A DNA stretch of 64,000 bases from Actinomycetes bacterium (GTDB taxonomy: Bacteria; Actinomycetota; Actinomycetes; S36-B12). The notes below the pieces were generated by a model. It did not search any database. It saw only the letters and a program-made list of their open reading frames with translations, and was not told the origin of the DNA. Each line of letters starts with the position of its first letter. The first letter of the stretch is position 1. A program made the translations under genes and the position numbers. This document shows, one piece after another, positions 9,128-18,022 of the stretch. The stretch is from contig OZ257128.1 in assembly GCA_965278945.1 (NCBI GenBank), positions 600,075 through 664,074 on the forward strand, read 5' to 3'.

Positions 9128-10153
9128 ATGCATTCGCGTCAACGACCGGGAGCTCAGGTGCGCAGGTTTCGCGTCGCGGTAGCGGCCACAGCAGGGCTCG
9201 GCCTCGTTGCCGGCCTGCTCGCGATCGCCCCGTCGGCCTCGGCTGAGACGTATCCGCCTTCGCCCACGCCGACCGCCACCACGACTCCCACGGTCACGCC
9301 GACGCCGACGCCGAGCCCGTCAGTGACGCCGACTCCCTCGCCGACCCAGACGATCCTTCCGTCACCGCCGCCCCCTGGTGGGGCGATCGTCACGGTCGCC
9401 GGCAACGAGGTCGACGTCACCGTCACGGTGAACCGATTGGAGGGAACGGTCGAGGTCAGCGGCGGAGATCTCGACATCATCGTGGACCCGAAGGCACCCG
9501 ACGGCAGCAACCTGCCCATCGATGCAAACGGAACGCCGATCGTGAACTCCGGCGGCGACATCTTGTCGAACGGCCGCGGGTTCGCCTCGGGAACGCCGGT
9601 GAACTTCTACCTGATCCGCGACGGCGAAGCGATCTTCATCGGAACGCTCGATGTGCAAAGCGACGGAACATTCGCTGGCGCGGTGCCGATCCCGCAGGGC
9701 CTGGCACCGGGCAACTACACGCTCCAGGTCAACGGCCTGACGGAGTCGACCAGGTTCCGCGCGCTGGTCGTGCGCGTCATCTCCATCAACATCCTGGTCA
9801 AGGTAACGCCGCCGAAACGTCAGTCGGAGCTGAAGGCCGTCCGCACGATCGTCTACTTCGACGTCTTCTCGGCGAAGCTGCTGCCGTCGGCCAAGCGCCA
9901 GCTCGACACACTCGTCCAGCGGCTGCCGCGCAAGAAGTCGAACCTCGTGCGCGTCGTGGGCTTCGTCGGACCGGGCGGATCCGCCTTCCACGTCAAGGCG
10001 CTGTCCGCCGCTCGCGCTGCTTCCGTCGCCCGCTACCTGCGGACCAAGGGCGTGCGCGGCACGTACCGGCTGGAGATCGGCGGCAACGCGAAGATCAACG
10101 CGCCGTCGGCCAGACGAGCCAGCGTGCTCGTCGTGCCGAACAAGGGGAGATGA
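9128..10153 (+). CDS. Secreted Pro/Thr-rich surface protein with C-terminal OmpA-like peptidoglycan-binding domain
   Basis: Signal peptide ending ASA, PT-rich linker, VYFDVFSAKL..VRVVGF..LSAARAASVARYL; start may be GTG 9158. Confidence 0.7.
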   Translation: MHSRQRPGAQVRRFRVAVAATAGLGLVAGLLAIAPSASAETYPPSPTPTATTTPTVTPTPTPSPSVTPTPSPTQTILPSPPPPGGAIVTVAGNEVDVTVTVNRLEGTVEVSGGDLDIIVDPKAPDGSNLPIDANGTPIVNSGGDILSNGRGFASGTPVNFYLIRDGEAIFIGTLDVQSDGTFAGAVPIPQGLAPGNYTLQVNGLTESTRFRALVVRVISINILVKVTPPKRQSELKAVRTIVYFDVFSAKLLPSAKRQLDTLVQRLPRKKSNLVRVVGFVGPGGSAFHVKALSAARAASVARYLRTKGVRGTYRLEIGGNAKINAPSARRASVLVVPNKGR

Positions 10154-10165
10154 CGGTCCCCGACC

Positions 10166-11215
10166 GTGCTCAGCCCCTCGCTGGTCGGCGACATCGCCCA
10201 CGACTCGCTCACCCTTGACGACCTTTCCGGCGACGATGCGCGAGCACTGATCAGGCACGACCTGGCCTTCGCGGTCTGCAAAGCGATCGATGCGAACGGA
10301 GCATCGCTTCCCGAGGAGACCGACTCGCTCCTGCGCACGGCTGCCCGCCAGCAGTCCATGCGTAGCATCTCGGTCGCCGCGACCGCGACGAGCGTCGCGC
10401 AGCTCCTGACCAGTGCTGGCGTGCGCAGCATCGTCTACAAGGGTCCAGCCCTCGCGGTGCAGACGACCGGATCGTTCGTCGGGCGGGGAAGCGCGGACAT
10501 CGACGTGCTCATCGATTCGCGCGACACGACCACCACCGATCGTGCACTGCGTGCCGCTGACTGCGTCAGCCGCGCGGGTTACACCGGAGCCCCGTCGCGC
10601 TGGGAGAAGTACCACCGCCCCGAGCGCGCCTACTCCGGCCTTCCGGTGACGATCGACCTGCATTGGCGCGTCGACTCCAGCCCCGGCTACTTCAAGGGCA
10701 ACTTCGCACGGCAGTGGCTGCGCGGTGAGCGTCTTGATGTCGACGGGCTTCAGGTCATGACCTTCGAACGTCTGGACGCGCTGCTGGCCACCGCCGCGCA
10801 CGGCGCGAAGGAACGGTGGTGGAGGTGGTTCTGGGCTCTCGATGCCGTGCGTCAGGTCGAGCAGCTCGACGAGGCGCTGTGGCCGGAGGCCCGGTCTCGA
10901 TCGGTCGAGACCGGAACGTCGAAGGCGCTCGACCTGTGTCTTGCCGTCGCTGCCGAGTGCGGAGCGCGCATGCCTGCCGGTGTCGAGGCGTCCGCGGGGA
11001 TGCGCGATGTCGCGCGCGCGTGGTTCGAGCAGTCATCAGGAGCAACCTCAGTTGAGTGGAGCAACAGCGCGGCCCTGTCGCGGCGCAAGGCGCGCTGGAT
11101 CATCGCCGACTCGCGCATTGCGGCGGTCGACGGATTCCTGCGAGCAGCGGCACGACTGGTCGCGGACCGTCGCGCGCCCGGCGCTCCGCAACGAAAGCGA
11201 CCCGACGGTGGCTAG
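10166..11215 (+). CDS. Nucleotidyltransferase family protein of the type found in lasso clusters
   Basis: IVYKGPALA, GRGSADIDVLI, IDLHWR, AHGAKE.W..WALD motifs. Confidence 0.8.
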   Translation: MLSPSLVGDIAHDSLTLDDLSGDDARALIRHDLAFAVCKAIDANGASLPEETDSLLRTAARQQSMRSISVAATATSVAQLLTSAGVRSIVYKGPALAVQTTGSFVGRGSADIDVLIDSRDTTTTDRALRAADCVSRAGYTGAPSRWEKYHRPERAYSGLPVTIDLHWRVDSSPGYFKGNFARQWLRGERLDVDGLQVMTFERLDALLATAAHGAKERWWRWFWALDAVRQVEQLDEALWPEARSRSVETGTSKALDLCLAVAAECGARMPAGVEASAGMRDVARAWFEQSSGATSVEWSNSAALSRRKARWIIADSRIAAVDGFLRAAARLVADRRAPGAPQRKRPDGG

Positions 11216-11224
11216 GGTGCGTCC

Positions 11225-12151
11225 ATGACGGTGCTGGTAACCGGGGGCGCCGGCTTCATCGGGAGCAACCTCGTGCGTGCGCTGTCCGCGCGTGGTGACG
11301 AGGTGCGCGTCCTCGATGACCTGTCCACCGGGCTCGTCTCGAATCTCGCTGGCATCGACGTCGCTGCGGCCGAGGGATCGATCACGGACCCCGCAGCCGT
11401 TCAGATGGCGATGGACGGAGTGACGTCGGTCGTGCACCTCGCCGCCCGCGGTTCCGTGCCGCGGTCCGTCGCCGATCCGATCGGCAACCACTCGGCAAAC
11501 GACACGGGCACCCTCAACGTGCTCGAGGCAGCCCGCGCCGTCGGGGCGCATGTGGTCTTCTCGTCGTCCTCGTCGGTCTATGGCGTGAACACCGAGCTGC
11601 CCAAGCGCGAGGAGATGTGGACCCAGCCGATGTCTCCTTACGGCGCCAGCAAGCTGGCCGCCGAGTCGTACCTCATGGCGTACCGGGATGTGTATGGCCT
11701 GAGCGCGCTCGCGCTGCGCTTCTTCAACGTCTACGGGCCGTGGCAGCGACCCGACCATGACTACGCGGCGGCCATCCCGCGGTTCGCCGGGGCCGCACTG
11801 AACGATCAGCAGATCTCGGTGCACGGAGACGGGGAGCAGACGCGCGACTTCACGCATGTCGATGCCGTCGTGCGCGTGCTCATCGACGCGGTCGATCGGC
11901 GGGTCTCCTGGGACCGGCCGGTGAACCTCGCCTTCGGTGACCGCATCAGCATCAACGACGTCGTCACCGAACTGTCCCGCCAGCTCGACCGACCGCTGGA
12001 CGTCGTCCACACCGATGCGCGCGCTGGCGACGTGCGGCACAGTCAGAACGATCCCTCGCTGCTGAAGCGCGTGTTCCCGACTGCCGAGCCGGTCGGCTTC
12101 GCCGACGGGATCGCCTCGACCCTCGGCTGGCTGGTCTCCACGCGTGCCTGA
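11225..12151 (+). CDS. NAD-dependent sugar epimerase (UDP-Glc/GlcNAc 4-epimerase-like)
   Basis: TGGAGFIGSN, SSSSVYG, YGASK, RFFNVYGP, GDGEQTRDF. Confidence 0.9.
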   Translation: MTVLVTGGAGFIGSNLVRALSARGDEVRVLDDLSTGLVSNLAGIDVAAAEGSITDPAAVQMAMDGVTSVVHLAARGSVPRSVADPIGNHSANDTGTLNVLEAARAVGAHVVFSSSSSVYGVNTELPKREEMWTQPMSPYGASKLAAESYLMAYRDVYGLSALALRFFNVYGPWQRPDHDYAAAIPRFAGAALNDQQISVHGDGEQTRDFTHVDAVVRVLIDAVDRRVSWDRPVNLAFGDRISINDVVTELSRQLDRPLDVVHTDARAGDVRHSQNDPSLLKRVFPTAEPVGFADGIASTLGWLVSTRA

Positions 12152-12431
12152 GCTCGCGGGCTCCGCAGTGCCGCGTCGCGCCGATCGCGTGGTGCAGGCG
12201 GCGGTCGACGGCGAACTCGTGCTGATGAGCCCGAAGGACTTCGCCTACTTCGGCACCGCGGGCTCGGGCGATCCGGTGTGGGAGCTCATCGACGGGTCGC
12301 GGTCGGTCGACCAGATCGTCGCCGACCTGGAGTCGCGCTTCGCTGCAGAGCCCGGGGTGATCCGCACGCAGACGCTGGCCTTCCTCGATGCCCTCCAGGC
12401 CGCCGGCCTCGTCACGGTCTCCACCGCCTGA
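12144..12431 (+). CDS. PqqD-family RiPP recognition element (lasso B1 protein)
   Basis: 95 aa; VDGELVLM..YF...VWELIDG.RSVDQIV..L...F....FLDAL...GLV pattern. Confidence 0.85.
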   Translation: MPELAGSAVPRRADRVVQAAVDGELVLMSPKDFAYFGTAGSGDPVWELIDGSRSVDQIVADLESRFAAEPGVIRTQTLAFLDALQAAGLVTVSTA

Positions 12432-12461
12432 CCCACCTCCCAAACCCCCGCAAACCCGGTC

Positions 12462-12480
12462 GTTGAGTGGTGAGTTGTCG
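12462..12480. repeat. REP-like hairpin family A, left arm (interrupted by IS30)
   Basis: gttgagtggtgagttgtcg is the exact reverse complement of 13785-13803. Confidence 0.85.
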
Positions 12481-12493
12481 CGCGATCGCTGCG

Positions 12494-13771
12494 GGCAGGT
12501 TCAATCGGTGAGTGCAACGCCTGAGTGGTGGAGGCGTTGTGGCTGGTTCGGATCGGTATTACTCGTGGGAGCGGCGTAGGCCGTTCTTCGACGCGATTGC
12601 CCATGGTGCGTCGTTTCTGGAGGCGGTCGCGGTGGTGGGCGCGGCGGGGTCGGCGTGCCAGAAGTGGTGGCGGCAGTCTTCGGGCATGCAATTGACGTTG
12701 GGGGTGCGCGGGGGCTTGAGGATTGTTCCTGGCGGGGATGGGTTTGTCGGGGACAAGTTGACGGCGCTGGAGCGCGATCAGATCGGCACGGGTCTGGCGG
12801 CGGGCTTGTCGCAGGCGGCGATCGCGCGTGTGATCGGGCGTAGCGCGTCGACGGTGTCGCGGGAGGTCCGCCGTAATGCCGGGCCGGATGGGACGTATTA
12901 CGGGTCGCTGGCGCACGTGAAGGCGTTCCAGCGGGCTCGCCGGCCCAAGGGTTTCAAGCTGGATGGGCGCGCGGATCTGATCGCGGCCATCACCGGCTGG
13001 CTCGATGATGGGTGGAGTCCGCGGCTGATCGCCCTCGTGCTGGCCGAGCAGGGCGGCGGGGACAAGACTGCACGGGTGTCGCACGAGACGATCTACCAGT
13101 CCCTTTACGTGCAGGCGCGCGGGCATCTGCGCGCGGACCTGCATCGGGCCTTGTCCACGGGCCGTGCCCGGCGCCGATCACGGACCGCGACCCGACGTGG
13201 TCCCAGTCCGTTCTCCGATGCCCTGACGATCTCCCAGCGACCCTCCGAGGTCGATGACCGCGCCGTGCCAGGTCATTGGGAGGGCGACTTGATCCTGGGC
13301 ACCGGATGCGCCTCGGCGATCGGGACCCTGGTCGAGCGGTCGACCAGGTTCACGATCCTGCTGCACCTGCCGATCGATCACACCGCGGAGGAAGTCGCCA
13401 AGGCGATGATCACAGCGATGGGCGACCTGCCCGAGCACCTGCGCCGCTCGATCACCTGGGACCGCGGAAGCGAGCTGGCCCGCTGGCGCGACATCCAGAT
13501 CGCCCTGGACACGCAGTTGTTCTTCTGCGACCCGCACTCACCCTGGCAGCGTGGCAGCAACGAGAACACCAACCGGCTGCTACGGCACTGGTTCACCAAG
13601 GGCACCGACCTGTCCGTCCACGACGTCACCGAGCTACGCCGCGTGCAGGACAAACTCAACTCCAGACCACGCCCTACCCTTGGACTGAAGACCCCCGCCC
13701 AAGCACTCGCGGAATACCTCGAGCAGCAGGCGGCCTAGACAACCGCGTTGCACTCACCGATTGACATCGCC
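12494..13771 (+). mobile_element. IS30-family insertion sequence (type 1)
   Basis: Perfect 20-bp inverted repeats at 12501-12520 and 13745-13764, extendable imperfectly to 12494/13771; flanking GCG direct repeat at 12491-93 and 13772-74. Confidence 0.9.
12512..13738 (+). CDS. IS30-family transposase
   Basis: HTH STVSREVRRN, VSHETIYQ, GHWEGDLI, TWDRGSE, PWQRGSNENTN; true start may be slightly downstream. Confidence 0.95.
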   Translation: MQRLSGGGVVAGSDRYYSWERRRPFFDAIAHGASFLEAVAVVGAAGSACQKWWRQSSGMQLTLGVRGGLRIVPGGDGFVGDKLTALERDQIGTGLAAGLSQAAIARVIGRSASTVSREVRRNAGPDGTYYGSLAHVKAFQRARRPKGFKLDGRADLIAAITGWLDDGWSPRLIALVLAEQGGGDKTARVSHETIYQSLYVQARGHLRADLHRALSTGRARRRSRTATRRGPSPFSDALTISQRPSEVDDRAVPGHWEGDLILGTGCASAIGTLVERSTRFTILLHLPIDHTAEEVAKAMITAMGDLPEHLRRSITWDRGSELARWRDIQIALDTQLFFCDPHSPWQRGSNENTNRLLRHWFTKGTDLSVHDVTELRRVQDKLNSRPRPTLGLKTPAQALAEYLEQQAA

Positions 13772-13784
13772 GCGCGATCGGCGA

Positions 13785-13803
13785 CGACAACTCACCACTC
13801 AAC
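13785..13803. repeat. REP-like hairpin family A, right arm
   Basis: cgacaactcaccactcaac pairs with 12462-12480. Confidence 0.85.
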
Positions 13804-13812
13804 AAGGACGGG

Positions 13813-15489
13813 CTAGCGGAGGGTGACCACGTGGTCCGCCGCGGCGATCGTCGAGCGTCGGTGCGCTACCACGAGGACGGTCACCGCTGGGGTGAGCGAT
13901 CTGATGAGCGCGAGCACCTCGGCCTCGGTCGCATCGTCGAGAGCTGACGTCGGCTCGTCCAGCACGAGCAGGACAGGCCGTCGCAGCAGCGCTCGAGCAA
14001 GGGCCACGCGTTGGCGCTCGCCACCGGACAGGCGAAGGCCCCGATCGCCGAGGGGGGTGTCGAGTCCGTCGGGCAGAGTGCGCGCGAACGACGCGGACGC
14101 CTGGTCGAGTGCGCTCCATAACTCGTCATCGCTGCAGTCGCGCTGGACGGACCACGCCAGGTTGTCGCGCAGCGAGCCCGGGATCAGCACGCTCTCCTGC
14201 GGAACATAGGCGATATGCGCGCGCCACCATGCGAGATCCGCGTCGGGCAGTTCGGCTCCGTCGATGAGGATGCATCCGCTCGTCGGCACGAGGAGCCCCA
14301 GAACCAGGTCGACAGTCGTCGACTTGCCCGCCCCGGATGGTCCGACCAGGGCGGTGATCGCGCCGCGCGGGACGGTGAAGCTCTGGGCCTGCACTCCGCT
14401 TTCGGTGCCGGGGTAGGTGAAGGACACGTCGACGAACTCGGCGAGCGTCGATCCTGTCGACAGTGTCGAACGGCTCGACTCGGCACCCGCAGGGACCTCG
14501 ACCTCGCGACGTGCCTCGTCGGTGAGCGTGGTGAGGTCGCGGACGGCCGGCAGTGAGTTGGCCATGAGCGCAGACGCGCTGACCATCTGCCTAACGCTGA
14601 TGGCCAGGCGGAAGACCAGCAGCAGGACGACGACGATGGTCGCGGGCGGAACGTCGAGCGCGACGGCCACGAGCACGAGTACCGATGCGGCTATCGCCGT
14701 GCCAACCGACGTCAGCCCGGACACGAGCGACTGGCGGCGCACGTTCGACACCTGCACCTCGCGCGTGCCCGCGAATGCGTCCGCGAGCCGGTCGGTCCAT
14801 ACGACGGAAGCCGAATGCGCGCGAACCAGCCGAAGGGAGTCGAGGGAGTCGGTGATGACGGACTGCATGGTGCGCTGGCGCTCGCCCAGCTCGACGCCGA
14901 GCCGGTGGGCCGGGCGAACGGACAACGACTGAGCCGCGGCCATGAGGATCACTCCGAGGATCGCGATCAACGCGACGACGGGGGACACGAACAGCGCGAT
15001 GATCGCGGTAACCAGTGCGAGCACGCCGCTGACGCAGAACTGCAGCAGCTGGTTGTAGGCCATGCCCGCGCGAACGGCGCCGAGGCTGATCACGGCGATG
15101 ATGTCGCTGCGTCGCCTGCTGAGCAGGAAGGTCCACCGCGCTGCGAGCACGGCGGCGAATGCCTCGTGACGCAGTTGATCGACGAGCACCTGCTGCACGC
15201 GGGTGGTCGTCACCGACGACACCTGGGCGATCGCTGCCTGCACGACGATGACGAGGACGAAGGCGGCGAGGAGCGCCCACAGGGGAACCGAGCTCAGCTC
15301 GAAGTCGCCGAACAGCGGCACCGTCAACGTGGCCGTGCTATCGGCTATGGAGTTCACGATTGGTATGAGAAGCAGCAGGCTTGCGCCGCCGAGCACCGCG
15401 GTCGCAAGAAGCGCGAGGATCTGGATGACGACCCGACGAGGCGACAGCCGCCACGCCTGCGCAGCGAGAAGGCGCATGTCGCCGATCAC
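13813..15489 (-). CDS. ABC exporter, fused permease/ATPase (candidate lasso D)
   Basis: TM domain plus GPSGAGKST, LSGGERQR, LLVLDE; GTG 15489 overlaps upstream stop. Confidence 0.9.
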   Translation of the reverse strand: MIGDMRLLAAQAWRLSPRRVVIQILALLATAVLGGASLLLLIPIVNSIADSTATLTVPLFGDFELSSVPLWALLAAFVLVIVVQAAIAQVSSVTTTRVQQVLVDQLRHEAFAAVLAARWTFLLSRRRSDIIAVISLGAVRAGMAYNQLLQFCVSGVLALVTAIIALFVSPVVALIAILGVILMAAAQSLSVRPAHRLGVELGERQRTMQSVITDSLDSLRLVRAHSASVVWTDRLADAFAGTREVQVSNVRRQSLVSGLTSVGTAIAASVLVLVAVALDVPPATIVVVLLLVFRLAISVRQMVSASALMANSLPAVRDLTTLTDEARREVEVPAGAESSRSTLSTGSTLAEFVDVSFTYPGTESGVQAQSFTVPRGAITALVGPSGAGKSTTVDLVLGLLVPTSGCILIDGAELPDADLAWWRAHIAYVPQESVLIPGSLRDNLAWSVQRDCSDDELWSALDQASASFARTLPDGLDTPLGDRGLRLSGGERQRVALARALLRRPVLLVLDEPTSALDDATEAEVLALIRSLTPAVTVLVVAHRRSTIAAADHVVTLR

Positions 15490-17171
15490 GAGTCGGCCTC
15501 GATCGCGTCGAGCACGGCATCGAGCGTCCACGCGTCTCGCGGTCGCTCGACGAGAGTGATCGGCACGATGTCCGCGAGCTGGGCCACCTGCGCAAAGTAG
15601 CGCTCCTGGCCGAGCACGATCGGCGCGATGCCATCGCGCGTGGTGTGGGCCAGGAGTGCAGCCATCCGCTCTGCTCCGAAAATACGGCGGACCGTCACCA
15701 CCTGCTCGTCCGTCGACGTGAGGACGACGATGCCGTCGATGCGCCGCGGCTCGGCGGACGGAGCCTCGGCGCGGAATGCGACCTTCACGCGTCCGCGGCC
15801 CAGCGGAGCCAGCGAGTCGAAGTCGACGCCCACCGCTGCGGCAGCGTCCTCAAGGAGGTGGACGTTCCTCGAGTACGGAGTCGTCCATGCGCCGCCATCG
15901 CGGAACTCGACGAGAGTCACGTCATCGCACAGCAGGGCGTGGCCCCGCGATCGCAAACCCATTGCCGTTGTTGACTTTCCCGCGCCGCGGGCGCCTGCGA
16001 CGGCAACGACCCGATTGCCCACAAGAACCGTCGACGCGTGCAGGCTGAGCATTCCGCGCTGCAGCATCGCGAGGGTGACTGCCCAGCCCTGCACCATCCA
16101 GCCGACGTCGTCTGCCCCGGAGACGCCGCGGTCGACAACCACGTCAGTGCCATTCTCGACGAGCAGTCCCGCGCGACCGCGGAAGCGCAGGAGCGCGGCC
16201 GTGGGGGTGACCTCGATCCACGGCCGCGGCTGCTCGGCGCCCGGCAGCGAGACGGGAAGTCGGCCCTCGCGCACGCTGATACCCAGGCTCGGTGGCAGCC
16301 AGCGCCAGTCGCTCGCGTCGATCGTCACGGAGGGGGAGTAGCCCAGTCGCGCCATGAGCTCGGCGTGCTCGTCCTCGATCATCGCCGCCTGGTCGTCGGT
16401 GAGCTCGTCGCGCCATCCGCCCTCGATACCCCGACGGAAGAACTGCTCGGTATTCGGATGCGTGCCGCGGAACCCGCGGTCCGCCTCGGACTCCTGCAGG
16501 CGGTCGAACCTGGCCTGCTCGACCGCGACCGCGAGCTCCTCCTGCGAGCACTCGATGCCAATGGCGGTGAACACCGGATGCAGGGTCGCGACCGCATCGG
16601 ACACGAGGTCCTCGAAGCGCACGACATGCACGGGGAAGGGCACGTCCTCGCCGAGCCAGCTGCAGGCATGGCTGCTCCATGTTCCCCACGGCTGCGCGGT
16701 CTGCGATCTCGCCGCGTTCGCGACCTGCTCGCCACCGTTCGTGCCCATCGCGTCGATCGCCTCGTCGATCGTCGTGCCGAAGAAGGCCGCGGCCGAGCAC
16801 GCCACGTCGCGTGGATCGCGCACGACGAGGATTGCGGCCCGCGTCGCGTCTGCGGGGAATGGGGCACTCCCGCTACTGCCGGTTCTGTAGATCTCGTGCG
16901 TCTTGCGCAGGAGCGGCGCGCCGGTCTCGTCCGACTGTGCGAATCGTCGCGTCAGCGCGCTGCGCACTCCATCGTTCTCGTCATCGGTCAGCCATCGCGT
17001 GTCCAGGCCGTAGGCACCCAGTGCGGCCCCGACGTGGTGCGGCTGCGACCCCGACGACAGGTGGTCGACGCCGAACAGCTCCGGATGCGTGCCGAGCGCG
17101 GTGACGATCGCGCGAACCCAGGTGTTGCCGGACTTCGGATAGGACGCCAGCCACACCGTACGGGCGCTCAC
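15486..17171 (-). CDS. Fusion of PAPS-dependent sulfotransferase and HPr-kinase-like domain
   Basis: N-half WLASYPKSGNTW (5'-PSB) and VVRDPRDVACS (3'-PB); C-half LHAS..VAGARGAGKSTT..LLCDDV. Confidence 0.82.
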   Translation of the reverse strand: MSARTVWLASYPKSGNTWVRAIVTALGTHPELFGVDHLSSGSQPHHVGAALGAYGLDTRWLTDDENDGVRSALTRRFAQSDETGAPLLRKTHEIYRTGSSGSAPFPADATRAAILVVRDPRDVACSAAAFFGTTIDEAIDAMGTNGGEQVANAARSQTAQPWGTWSSHACSWLGEDVPFPVHVVRFEDLVSDAVATLHPVFTAIGIECSQEELAVAVEQARFDRLQESEADRGFRGTHPNTEQFFRRGIEGGWRDELTDDQAAMIEDEHAELMARLGYSPSVTIDASDWRWLPPSLGISVREGRLPVSLPGAEQPRPWIEVTPTAALLRFRGRAGLLVENGTDVVVDRGVSGADDVGWMVQGWAVTLAMLQRGMLSLHASTVLVGNRVVAVAGARGAGKSTTAMGLRSRGHALLCDDVTLVEFRDGGAWTTPYSRNVHLLEDAAAAVGVDFDSLAPLGRGRVKVAFRAEAPSAEPRRIDGIVVLTSTDEQVVTVRRIFGAERMAALLAHTTRDGIAPIVLGQERYFAQVAQLADIVPITLVERPRDAWTLDAVLDAIEADS

Positions 17172-17923
17172 GATGCCCACCACTCGAGCAACTGGCCGAC
17201 GGACGCGTCGTGCTCGGCGCCGATGCGTAGGACTGCCGACGGCAGGTCGGCCAGCCGTAGGTGCTCGCTGACCGCGGGCTCGTCGGACTCCGCGACCGGT
17301 GCGAGCGCGCCTCCCAGCATGAGGCTCGCGGCGCGCTCGAACTTGCGGTGGCCGGTCAGCTCGGTGAACGCGTCCTCGCTCGGCCGACGTCGCGTGACCT
17401 GCACCACGCGCGAGACGGTCGCCGGCACGACCGAACGCGGCAGGTCGACGCTGACCACGTTGGACTGGTCGCGAATCGCGGCCCCGTCGAATCCGGCGGC
17501 GACGGCTCGCTGCTTGGCGATCAGCAGCGGCGCGGACCTGGGGTGAGCGATCAGCCGGCTGTCGACCCAGCGCGTGGGCGTCGGCCGGTCGCTCAGGAGC
17601 AGCCAGCCATGACGGGACAAGGCGATAACGACAGTCGCGACCTCGGGAGCATCACCGCAGACGAGTAGGGCATGGTCTGCAGAGTCGGCAGGAACGACGG
17701 CGGCTCCCAGCGCCATCGAGTAGCCGCGACGGGCATGGGACAGCAGGTCGCCCCATCCGTGGTGGAGGGCGCGAGCCTTCTGCCCGAGCGGATCAGGCCC
17801 TTCGGCCTCGGTGAACACGTCGCCGTTTGCGCCAATGGCGACTGACCCGAGTCCTGCACACGTTCCGCGCCAGACCGGACCGGTGCGGTCAAGCACGACG
17901 GCCGGTGGATCCTGCGAGTTCAC
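17168..17923 (-). CDS. HPr-kinase-like paralog with degenerate P-loop
   Basis: Parallels the kinase half of the downstream gene (A.LVCG....LSRHGW.LLSD..T), but GDAPEVATV replaces Walker A. Confidence 0.5.
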   Translation of the reverse strand: MNSQDPPAVVLDRTGPVWRGTCAGLGSVAIGANGDVFTEAEGPDPLGQKARALHHGWGDLLSHARRGYSMALGAAVVPADSADHALLVCGDAPEVATVVIALSRHGWLLLSDRPTPTRWVDSRLIAHPRSAPLLIAKQRAVAAGFDGAAIRDQSNVVSVDLPRSVVPATVSRVVQVTRRRPSEDAFTELTGHRKFERAASLMLGGALAPVAESDEPAVSEHLRLADLPSAVLRIGAEHDASVGQLLEWWAS

Positions 17924-18022
17924 GTGGCTAGGTTCCCATGTCCGCGTCAAGCCGCGGGTGGGATGGCCGCGCTGAGTAATGTCCAACGCAGTTCCGGTCG
18001 AGTCAGTTTCCAGGAGACGTCA

